This document shows positions 1-7,021 of a stretch of DNA of 20,154 nt, piece after piece. This DNA comes from Capsulimonadales bacterium. GTDB lineage: Bacteria; Armatimonadota; Armatimonadia; Armatimonadales; Armatimonadaceae. The stretch covers positions 1 to 20,154 of the forward strand of contig JANRLW010000008.1 of the NCBI GenBank assembly GCA_033762295.1. The letters run 5' to 3'. The position numbers and the translations under genes were made by a program. The notes beneath the pieces were generated by a model that saw only the letters and a program-made list of their open reading frames with translations, had not been told where the DNA came from and did no database searches. The first letter of the stretch is position 1, and every line of letters starts with the position of its first letter.

Positions 1-438
1 ATCGTCGCTGTGTGGCAGATGTACCGACAGGATTGGGACGGAAAGGACACCGGCACGAACAACGTCGATTTCGGACTGCCGACGAATCAACAAATGGTCC
101 GGGCCAACCAGTACGCCCCCGGTTACGATATCGACCCGAGCATCATCAAGTGCCCCAACCGCTTCGTCGTTCCCGATCCGCCGTTCGAAGAAGATAAGGA
201 ATTCATGCTTTACATGGTCTGGTCTTCTTTTCCGGGCATCGACTACTATAAACACCTCTCGGAAGACCCGACCTGGCCGTTGATCTCGTGCGAGTATCAC
301 GATCTGGCCTTCTTCCGTGGTAACTCCGGAAAGAGCGATCCGGATTCTATTGGCATCACTTTGAGCGGCAGTGTGACCGGGAGGAAACCACTGAACGCCA
401 TGAACTCCAGGGGACAGAGAACCAAAATCCTGCAGTAA
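1..438 (+). CDS. 3' part of a prepilin-type/DUF1559-like (type II secretion/type IV pilin-like) protein, truncated by the window edge
   Basis: Frame is open from base 1 (IVAVWQMYRQDWDG). The 'xxMYxQDxD' and later 'KCP' segments resemble the core of prepilin-type N-terminal cleavage/methylation proteins. The N-terminal pilin motif lies outside the window. Confidence 0.55.
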   Translation: MVAVWQMYRQDWDGKDTGTNNVDFGLPTNQQMVRANQYAPGYDIDPSIIKCPNRFVVPDPPFEEDKEFMLYMVWSSFPGIDYYKHLSEDPTWPLISCEYHDLAFFRGNSGKSDPDSIGITLSGSVTGRKPLNAMNSRGQRTKILQ

Positions 439-471
439 CGCTTCAAACTCACCATTGAAAGGAAAACCATC

Positions 472-906
472 ATGCGAATTGCCTACTCGGATTGTGTCGC
501 CGTCGTCGCCCTCCTCGGAGCCGCCCTCCTCGGATGCTCGCAACGTCCAAGTTGCGACACAAAGAACTATGTGGAAGCCCAGTGCCCGGCCGGTTGCAGA
601 ATGGGCGGAACAGGAACAAGGATAACAACGTGCATGTCCAAGATCAAAAATGGTAACGAGGAGGTAGAAAGCGGTTGGTGTTGCGCAGGATCATTTATGC
701 AAAGACCATGTTACAAATCGGATATTGGATGGGAACTGTGTGAAATAATGTCTAAAAAACCGGGGGAGGGTTTGAAAGAGACATACGGGTATGAGAATTC
801 CGGGACGGCGCCACAGGCGAAAGAAGGTTCGATATGTACCGGTGACGGAACGTGTATTGTACCAACATCGATTCCTACGAATAATCCGACCCCCGGAGGG
901 GCGTAA
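472..906 (+). CDS. Cys-rich putative lipoprotein (hypothetical)
   Basis: SD GAAAGGA precedes ATG 472. A hydrophobic N-terminus ends in the lipobox-like LLGC, and the mature part has 10 further Cys. The DNA is visibly more AT-rich than the flanks. Confidence 0.7.
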   Translation: MRIAYSDCVAVVALLGAALLGCSQRPSCDTKNYVEAQCPAGCRMGGTGTRITTCMSKIKNGNEEVESGWCCAGSFMQRPCYKSDIGWELCEIMSKKPGEGLKETYGYENSGTAPQAKEGSICTGDGTCIVPTSIPTNNPTPGGA

Positions 907-916
907 TCGCGAAAAT

Positions 917-1999
917 TCAGGCGACGGCGCTCGCCGGAGGGGCGGAGGGGGGTTCACCCTTCTCCGCCCTTTCGGCGTCCATCACGGCCCGCAGGGACGC
1001 CAGCGAAACTTCCAGTTGCGATTCGTCAGGCTCACGCGTCGTGAGCAGTTGCGCCCACATTCCCGGCGTCGACAAAACAGCGGCGAACGGGTTGTTGCGG
1101 TACTTTCCGGCCAGACGCAGCAGTTCGAAGGCGACTCCGGCCACCGGCAACATGACCAGCAGGTGAACGGGAATCCGGATCAGGGGCGGCAGACCGTAAA
1201 ACGGCGCGAACGCGATGGTGGTCAGGATCAGGACGATGAACACGAACGCCGTGCCGCAACGAGGGTGCAGACGGCTCGCCTCCTGCGCCGAAAAAACGTT
1301 CAGCGGCTTCCCCGCTTCCAGCACATTGATCGCTTTATGCTCCGCGCCGTGATACTGAAAGACCCGCCGAATATAGTGCATACGGGAAATCAGCAGGATA
1401 TAGCTGACGAACACCGTGATCCGAACCAATCCGTCGATCCCTCCGAGTTGCCACCGCTCCGTGACCCCGCGCGATTTGGCGAACTCCAGAATCAGGTTGG
1501 GGACGACCACGATCAGCACCAGGGCGAAGAGAAGGCCCGTCACCATCGCCCCGCCGATCGCGATATCCGTCACCCGCGACGATCGGGAGTTTTCGGACCC
1601 CGTGGCGGGGGGCGGACCCGGGATGTTTCCCGGAAGCGCGGCGGCGGCGGATTCCTGGGCTTTTCCCGCCGACGGTATATCGGATTCCGCTACCTTGGCC
1701 GACCAGAACAGTGATTTCGTTCCCAGCGTCATCGCATCGACCAGGGAGAAGACGCCGCGTAGAAACGGCCATTTCTGCCAGTTCGGACGGAGAATCGGCG
1801 GAACGGTCTCACAGGTGACGACGATCTCGCCGTTCGCACGACGACAGGCGACCGCAAAGTGCCTGGGGCCGCGCATCATGACCCCCTCGATGACCGCCTG
1901 GCCGCCGTAAAACGTGGCCGGAGGGGAGGACGGGGTTCGGGACCGGGAGTCCGGGGGCGGGGAATGGGTATCGGGAGGCGGGGGTTCTTGCGCGCTCAT
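917..1999 (-). CDS. DUF1385 (YqhQ-like) membrane protein
   Basis: Motifs YGGQAVIEGVMMRG, PFLRG, FQYHGAEHK, SRLHPRCGT and LTTREP. It follows rpmE, as is typical. The likely start is ATG 1999 (MSAQEPP). Confidence 0.9.
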   Translation of the reverse strand: MSAQEPPPPDTHSPPPDSRSRTPSSPPATFYGGQAVIEGVMMRGPRHFAVACRRANGEIVVTCETVPPILRPNWQKWPFLRGVFSLVDAMTLGTKSLFWSAKVAESDIPSAGKAQESAAAALPGNIPGPPPATGSENSRSSRVTDIAIGGAMVTGLLFALVLIVVVPNLILEFAKSRGVTERWQLGGIDGLVRITVFVSYILLISRMHYIRRVFQYHGAEHKAINVLEAGKPLNVFSAQEASRLHPRCGTAFVFIVLILTTIAFAPFYGLPPLIRIPVHLLVMLPVAGVAFELLRLAGKYRNNPFAAVLSTPGMWAQLLTTREPDESQLEVSLASLRAVMDAERAEKGEPPSAPPASAVA

Positions 2000-2096
2000 C
2001 GTTGCTACTCTCAGACTATCCCCATCACCCCTCCTGCGCAAGCCGGGAGCCGGCGTGAAACCCACGGCCTGCCCCCGGATACGAAAGGTCGAGTGT

Positions 2097-2351
2097 CTAC
2101 GATTTCTTCTTCATGCCGTACTTCTGCATAAACTTCTCGACACGTCCTTCGGTGTCGACAATCTTCTGCTTTCCGGTGAAGAACGGATGGGAGTCGCTGG
2201 TGATTTCCGCCGTGAAGACCGGGTACTCCTTGCCGTCGGTCCACATCATTCGACGGTCCGTTTGCAGAGTGGAGCGGCCAAGGAACGCAAAATCGGAGGT
2301 GGCGTCCTTGAAGATGACCGGACGATATTCCGGATGAATCCCTTTTTTCAT
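2097..2351 (-). CDS. rpmE2: 50S ribosomal protein L31 type B (Zn-independent)
   Basis: MKKGIHPEY...[23 protein letters not shown]; 84 aa with no cysteines. Confidence 0.95.
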   Translation of the reverse strand: MKKGIHPEYRPVIFKDATSDFAFLGRSTLQTDRRMMWTDGKEYPVFTAEITSDSHPFFTGKQKIVDTEGRVEKFMQKYGMKKKS

Positions 2352-2413
2352 TTGGATGCTGATGCCCTTTCGCAACAAAACCCGGCGATGACCGACCGCC
2401 GGGACTGTCGGAC

Positions 2414-2442
2414 ATTGTACCGCTTCGCGCCTTCCCCTGCAA
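2414..2442 (-). promoter_or_regulatory. sigma70-type promoter for rpmE2-DUF1385
   Basis: Minus strand TTGCAG-N17-TACAAT, about 60 nt upstream of the rpmE2 start. Confidence 0.6.
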
Positions 2443-2465
2443 ACCGAACGGGTTTCGTCGCGTCG

Positions 2466-3257
2466 CTACAGGTCGCGCCCGTTGATCGAAAGGCGGAACG
2501 AACAGCCCAGTGTCTCCGCCGACCGCCGACAGAGCGCCATCCGGGTGATGAAGATCTCGAAATACTCCATGATCGTCGCCGCCTCGGTATCGATTTCCAG
2601 TTCGAGGCGAACCCGATTGATCTCCGGTTCGACCCGCAGGAAAGACTTCTTGACCGCGCCATTCACTTTGTCATGGATATCGTAGTTCGCCGGGTCCGGA
2701 TTCTGAACCCGGGTGAAATGGACATCCGATTTGTCCGCGATGATGACGGCGGCGGCGATCGGCGTGATCGGCAGGCCGTGCGGTTCCTCATGGTTGCCGA
2801 TCGCGGCGACAACGTCGGCGATTTCGACCGGTTCCATCCCCATATCGGACAGGATCGTGAACGAGATCAACGCCCCGGCCTCGACATGTCCCTGCCGGTT
2901 GACCATGCAGCCGATATCGTGCAGGTAACCGGCAATCGCGGCAAGTTCGGCGACCCGATCCCCATGACGCAGCGTCGCCAGGATCGAACGCGCGATTGTC
3001 GCCACGATCCCGGCATGGCGATGTCCGTGTTCGGTGTAACCGATCGCGGCCATCTGCTCGTTCGCCTTGGCAATATACGTCCGGACTCGCGGTTCCCGGC
3101 GAATCTCCTTCAGTGTGATCCGTTCTTCTCCGGGCGTTTCCGTCACCTGCGGCGCCGTCGCCAGTGCGTTCGCAAAGGCGACCGGCCCGGTCTCAATCGA
3201 GGGCATCTTTTCGGTGTGCATTTCAGTGGTAATTATCGGCCGAAAAATGGATTTCAT
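2466..3257 (-). CDS. HD-domain metal-dependent phosphohydrolase
   Basis: Motifs TEHGHRHA, YLHDIG, NHEE and ADKSD. The start is uncertain (3257, 3221 or 3206). Confidence 0.88.
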   Translation of the reverse strand: MKSIFRPIITTEMHTEKMPSIETGPVAFANALATAPQVTETPGEERITLKEIRREPRVRTYIAKANEQMAAIGYTEHGHRHAGIVATIARSILATLRHGDRVAELAAIAGYLHDIGCMVNRQGHVEAGALISFTILSDMGMEPVEIADVVAAIGNHEEPHGLPITPIAAAVIIADKSDVHFTRVQNPDPANYDIHDKVNGAVKKSFLRVEPEINRVRLELEIDTEAATIMEYFEIFITRMALCRRSAETLGCSFRLSINGRDL

Positions 3258-3266
3258 TCATCCCGG

Positions 3267-4124
3267 TCATTCGTCGCGGTCCGAATATCCGGAGCGTCGG
3301 AAGATCTCCTCCAGACGTTTTCGCTCCTGACGATCCCGCCACCAGCGGAGCGGATGGAACCCGCCGCGCGGGGTGTCGACACTTTCCCGGTCGAACCGGT
3401 AGAAACGGGAAGCCGTCTCCGGCGTCACGTCGGTGGAACGACTTTTGCGTGGGGCCGTTCCGAACCCGAGATCGTTCCGGCGCGTGGCGTACCCCCGGAA
3501 CGAAGATCGTCCGTGATTCACATACCACCAGGCCGCCGCACAGCCGGACAGGGCGAAGAGACCGAGCAGCGGGTTTCCGTATGCCGCCCCCGCATCGTAC
3601 CAGACCATCGCCGCCCCCAGGATCGCCATCACGAACGCCGGTACGGGCAGGAAAAACAGTCCCACCGACTCCCGCCGATTGATATGCGCCCAGACAACCG
3701 CCAGCGGTCCGGAGACGATCCAGAGACCCGCCAGCATGCCCGGACCGGCGATGAAACTGCCGAGCCACGTCGTACAGGCGGTCAGCGTCACCGTCACGGC
3801 AAGGAACGCGGCATAGGCACGGGACCCCCAGGATCGCTCCATACTGCCACCGAACAGGTAGAACCAGCCGATCGCGAACAGCAGACTGAGCGGGCTGCCC
3901 TCGGTGACCAGCGGCCAGGTCAACACCGTCCAGAACTGAGCCGGCCAAGCCTGCGTGACAAAGGCCAGAAGGCGGTCAATGCCCATCTGTGGCAACGCGA
4001 GACGCAGGAAGAAAAAGACCACCGAAAGCCCGATGACCGTGTAGGTCAGTGGGATGCCGCCCTGCAGGAAAAACCGTCGTATCTCATCGCCCCCGCCCCG
4101 GGGCCGGTAGGGTTTGCCGTACAT
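3267..4124 (-). CDS. Rhomboid-superfamily membrane protein, apparently lacking catalytic residues
   Basis: QFWTVLTWPL and LFGGSMERSWG resemble rhomboid loop 1 and TM2-3. It has about 6 hydrophobic segments and a basic cytoplasmic C-tail. No canonical GxSG or His motif is present. Confidence 0.7.
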   Translation of the reverse strand: MYGKPYRPRGGGDEIRRFFLQGGIPLTYTVIGLSVVFFFLRLALPQMGIDRLLAFVTQAWPAQFWTVLTWPLVTEGSPLSLLFAIGWFYLFGGSMERSWGSRAYAAFLAVTVTLTACTTWLGSFIAGPGMLAGLWIVSGPLAVVWAHINRRESVGLFFLPVPAFVMAILGAAMVWYDAGAAYGNPLLGLFALSGCAAAWWYVNHGRSSFRGYATRRNDLGFGTAPRKSRSTDVTPETASRFYRFDRESVDTPRGGFHPLRWWRDRQERKRLEEIFRRSGYSDRDE

Positions 4125-4229
4125 CGTGTCGTCGCTCCTCGCCGCGTTCGCAGCCGCGGCTTCCGAACCGTCCGTAATAATGAACGGAATTTCCGGCGTT
4201 TTGTGCCGCGGATCTCCGTTACCGTAGTA

Positions 4230-4261
4230 TTGTTACGTTGTTGCGTTGTTTCCTTGTTACC
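4230..4261. repeat. Four tandem 8-bp direct repeats TTGTTnCn in a divergent intergenic region
   Basis: TTGTTACG TTGTTGCG TTGTTTCC TTGTTACC, with a related CCGTTACC at 4216-4223. Confidence 0.75.
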
Positions 4262-4296
4262 GAACGGAAGGGCAATCGTCGCCGGACCGCGAATAG

Positions 4297-5505
4297 GTGC
4301 GGGTGATCGATCCGATAACTCTGCCCTACTCCTCCGAAACCGCCCGAACCTGGGCCGATGTCTCTCCCGACGCCCTGCGGAACAATGCCCGCCTCCTGCA
4401 ACCACATATCGGACCGACCGGAGAACTGATGGCGGTCGTGAAGGCCAACGCTTACGGGCATGGCTCGGAGCCGGTCGCCCGCTTCTGTTCCGAGGCCGGG
4501 ATTCGGCGACTGGCGGTAGCGACGGTCGCCGAAGCGACGGAACTGCGCCGCCAATTCCCTGCCGTCGAGATCCATCTGCTGGCGCCGTTCCTGCTCGAAG
4601 AGGCGGAGGACCTGGTACGAAACGACATCGTCCCGTTCGTCTCCTCCCTGGCACAGACGAACGCTCTGATCGCCGAGGCGCGTTCCCAACAACGACAGGG
4701 ACGGGTTTTCGTCTGCCTTGACACCGGTATGGGCCGGGAAGGAGGCGATTCCGAGGAGGCATCGGCCATTTTCGGCCGGACGCTCGACCAGCCGGAGGTC
4801 CGTCCCATCGGGATCGCCACCCATTTCGCGAGCGCGGACGAAGCGGAAGGGACGACGGTCACCCGGGCGCAGATCGACGCCTTCTTCGCGTTCCTCCGTC
4901 GTCCGGAGGTCCGTTCCAGGTCTCTCGCCCGACCGGACGGAGGCAAACTCCGGCTTTCGCTGTCGAACTCCCCGGCGACCCTGCTCCACCCGCTCCCACC
5001 GCTCCCGGAGGGCGTCGGCGGTTACCTTTTCCGTGCCGGTCTCGCCCTGTACGGTATCGAACCCTGCCGGGGCGCGTTTACCCGCCTGCCCGGACTGCGA
5101 CCGGTTCTGGAATGGAAAGCCCGGGTGACGCTCGTTCGCGATTTGCCGACCGGTGCGACGGTCGGCTACGGACGCACCTTTACGATCCTCCGTCCGTCGC
5201 AGGTCGCCACCGTCGCCGCCGGGTACGCCGACGGACTGCCGCGCCGACTGTCGAACACCGGCGTCGTGCTGATCGACGGGCAGCGTTTTCCCATCATCGG
5301 GCGGGTCTCGATGGACCAGTGTCAGGTCGATGTGACCGATTCCCGCCGGCCGATCCGCCCCGGCGACGTGGCTACCCTGATTGGAAGCGACGGGGACGAA
5401 ATCGTCTCCGTGCTGGACGTTGCCGAAACCGTCGACGCCACCCCGCACGAATTGACCACCGGACTTTCCGCGCGGGTCGTCCGACGCTATCCCAGTTCGG
5501 CGTGA
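4297..5505 (+). CDS. alr: Alanine racemase
   Basis: PLP lysine motif AVVKANAYGHG, plus DTGMGREG, THFASAD, VGYG, GYADG and GRVSMDQ. Confidence 0.97.
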   Translation: MRVIDPITLPYSSETARTWADVSPDALRNNARLLQPHIGPTGELMAVVKANAYGHGSEPVARFCSEAGIRRLAVATVAEATELRRQFPAVEIHLLAPFLLEEAEDLVRNDIVPFVSSLAQTNALIAEARSQQRQGRVFVCLDTGMGREGGDSEEASAIFGRTLDQPEVRPIGIATHFASADEAEGTTVTRAQIDAFFAFLRRPEVRSRSLARPDGGKLRLSLSNSPATLLHPLPPLPEGVGGYLFRAGLALYGIEPCRGAFTRLPGLRPVLEWKARVTLVRDLPTGATVGYGRTFTILRPSQVATVAAGYADGLPRRLSNTGVVLIDGQRFPIIGRVSMDQCQVDVTDSRRPIRPGDVATLIGSDGDEIVSVLDVAETVDATPHELTTGLSARVVRRYPSSA

Positions 5506-6611
5506 AGTCGGCGGAGCAGTGCCGCCGTCGCCTCCCACCCCAGGCACCCATCGGTGACGGAGACGCCGTACCGAAGGTCGCCGGACCTTCCGGGAATCAG
5601 TGCTTGCTTGCCCGCGAAGAGGTGACTTTCCAGCATCAGGCCCACCACGGAACGGCGTCCGGCGCGACGCGAGGCGACCACCGATTCGGCGACCTCGACC
5701 TGCTTCTCCGGGTCGTAACCGGAGTTGCCATGGCTGCAATCGACCAGAATGTTCGGGGCAACCCCGATCGCCTCCATCTCGGACTCGATCGATTCCAGAC
5801 AATGCGCCTGGTAGTTCGGCCCGGAGACCTTTCCCCCCCGAAGAATGACCAGCGTCTGCCGGTTCCCACGGGTGCGGACGATCGTACAGCGGCCCTCGCT
5901 ATCGGGTCCCAGGTAACTGTGGGGTTCTCCGGCCGAGACCAGGGCATCCAGAGCGATCCGCGTGCCGCCGTCCGTTCCGTTTTTGAATCCGACGGCCACC
6001 GGCAGTCCGCTCGCCAGCGCGCGATGCGGCTGGGATTCCGTCGTACGCGCCCCGATCGCTGCGAAACTGAGAAAATCGGTCAGATAGTCCGGCACGTAGA
6101 GATCCAGCACCTCGGTCGCGACCGGCAGTCCGAGCGCCGTCAGTTCCCGAAGAAGCCGACGCGCCTGCCGCAGTCCTTCCGCCATATCGAACGATCCGTC
6201 CATCTGCGGATCGTTGATCAGTCCGCGCCAACCGACGGTGGTGCGCGGCTTCTCGAAATAGGCCCGCATGACGAACAAAAGCCGCCCCGGACACTCCTTC
6301 TGCAACGCCGCCAGTCGGCGCGCATAGTCCAGGGCGGCTTCGGGATCGTGGATCGAACAGTGGCCGACGATCACCAGCAGACGCGGGTCCTGACGGTTGA
6401 GGACGCGCCGTAGGTCGCATCGCGCCTTCAGAACCGTTTCGGCCAGGGGCCGGGTCAGCGGTATTTCCGCCTGTAACTCCGCCGGCGGGGGCAGCGGGGT
6501 TCGACGGGCGACCGGCGGTTCGATCTCCCCCACTTTCCCCATCAGCAGGGGGAGCAGGTCGGCGGACTCGATTTCGTCGGCGTTGACTTCATCCTTCAGT
6601 GCGGCGGACAT
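5487..6611 (-). CDS. 3-deoxy-7-phosphoheptulonate (DAHP) synthase, class I-alpha (AroF/G/H-like)
   Basis: Motifs GHCSIHD, RAYFEKPRTTVGW, IGARTTESQ, GFKNGTDG, VDCSHGNS and YGVSVTDGC. SD GAAGGGA precedes ATG 6611. Confidence 0.96.
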   Translation of the reverse strand: MSAALKDEVNADEIESADLLPLLMGKVGEIEPPVARRTPLPPPAELQAEIPLTRPLAETVLKARCDLRRVLNRQDPRLLVIVGHCSIHDPEAALDYARRLAALQKECPGRLLFVMRAYFEKPRTTVGWRGLINDPQMDGSFDMAEGLRQARRLLRELTALGLPVATEVLDLYVPDYLTDFLSFAAIGARTTESQPHRALASGLPVAVGFKNGTDGGTRIALDALVSAGEPHSYLGPDSEGRCTIVRTRGNRQTLVILRGGKVSGPNYQAHCLESIESEMEAIGVAPNILVDCSHGNSGYDPEKQVEVAESVVASRRAGRRSVVGLMLESHLFAGKQALIPGRSGDLRYGVSVTDGCLGWEATAALLRRLHAELG

Positions 6612-6627
6612 AGGACGTTCCCTTCGG

Positions 6628-6647
6628 TTATCGACACGGGTCGATAA
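6628..6647 (-). other. Perfect 8-bp hairpin between the attenuator terminator and the DAHP synthase RBS
   Basis: TTATCGAC-4 nt-GTCGATAA. Confidence 0.6.
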
Positions 6648-6650
6648 TGC

Positions 6651-6682
6651 AAAACGACCTGCTCCTTGGAGGAGCAGGTCGT
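6651..6682 (-). terminator. Attenuator-type intrinsic terminator upstream of DAHP synthase
   Basis: Transcript ACGACCUGCUCC-UCCAA-GGAGCAGGUCGU is a perfect 12-bp stem followed by UUU (4 U counting the stem base). It lies about 40 nt before the start codon. Confidence 0.75.
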
Positions 6683-6710
6683 CGGATCATTGATTGGCTT
6701 TACGTTGCTG

Positions 6711-6893
6711 TCAGGCGATGATTCCGGCTCTCTGCTCCTGGTGCGGATAAAAGTAAAAATAAAAAAAGGCACGCCACCACCGGCAGACACGGGCAAACCC
6801 GACACCGGCCGAGGAGGAGCAAAACGAGAGGCGGCCCCCGCAAAGCGGGTTCCGTGAAAGGCCGTTATTCACTGTCGCAGCAAGGTTGGCCAT
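6711..6893 (-). CDS. Putative attenuator leader peptide (60 aa) with a Trp/Phe/Tyr codon block
   Basis: MANLAATVNNGLSRNPLCGGRLSFCSSSAGVGFARVCR-WWRAFFYFYFY-PHQEQRAGIIA. Nine of 11 consecutive codons (6747-6779) are aromatic, and it lies directly upstream of the first shikimate-pathway gene on the same strand. There is no clear SD, so the start is uncertain. Confidence 0.75.
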   Translation of the reverse strand: MANLAATVNNGLSRNPLCGGRLSFCSSSAGVGFARVCRWWRAFFYFYFYPHQEQRAGIIA

Positions 6894-6927
6894 GATTGCT
6901 GTGAGACGCAAAACGCCCCACAACGTC

Positions 6928-6936
6928 AATATACCA
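6928..6936 (-). promoter_or_regulatory. Extended -10 promoter for the leader/DAHP synthase transcript
   Basis: Minus strand TG-G-TATATT, about 35 nt upstream of the leader ATG. The -35 is weak. Confidence 0.55.
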
Positions 6937-7021
6937 CAGGCCCCGGATTTTCGAGCGTTCCGGTCCCTGATCCGAGCGCAGTTTTTTTCACCGTCGCTGG
7001 CGAGTGAAGCAGGCAGACGCT

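Noticed and set aside
1914..4721. 935-aa plus-strand ORF
   Set aside because: It lies antisense to rpmE2, the HD gene and the rhomboid-like gene, and out of frame over alr. It is Arg-rich with no motifs, a typical high-GC shadow ORF.
5487..5505. 19-bp overlap of the convergent alr and DAHP synthase 3' ends
   Set aside because: Short tail-to-tail overlaps are common, and there is no sign of special function.
4219..5802. 527-aa minus-strand ORF
   Set aside because: Antisense shadow of alr with no recognisable domain.
6745..6785. T-box riboswitch or simple terminator reading of GGTGGTGGCGTGCC-T-tract
   Set aside because: The UGGNACC T-box consensus and stem I motifs are absent, and no strong stem directly precedes the T run.
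6596..6805. Alternative leader frame (…VPFFIFTFIR…)
   Set aside because: It reads the same T-rich tract with only Phe enrichment and runs through the terminator into the gene. The WW/FY frame has a better-placed stop and matches all three pathway end products.
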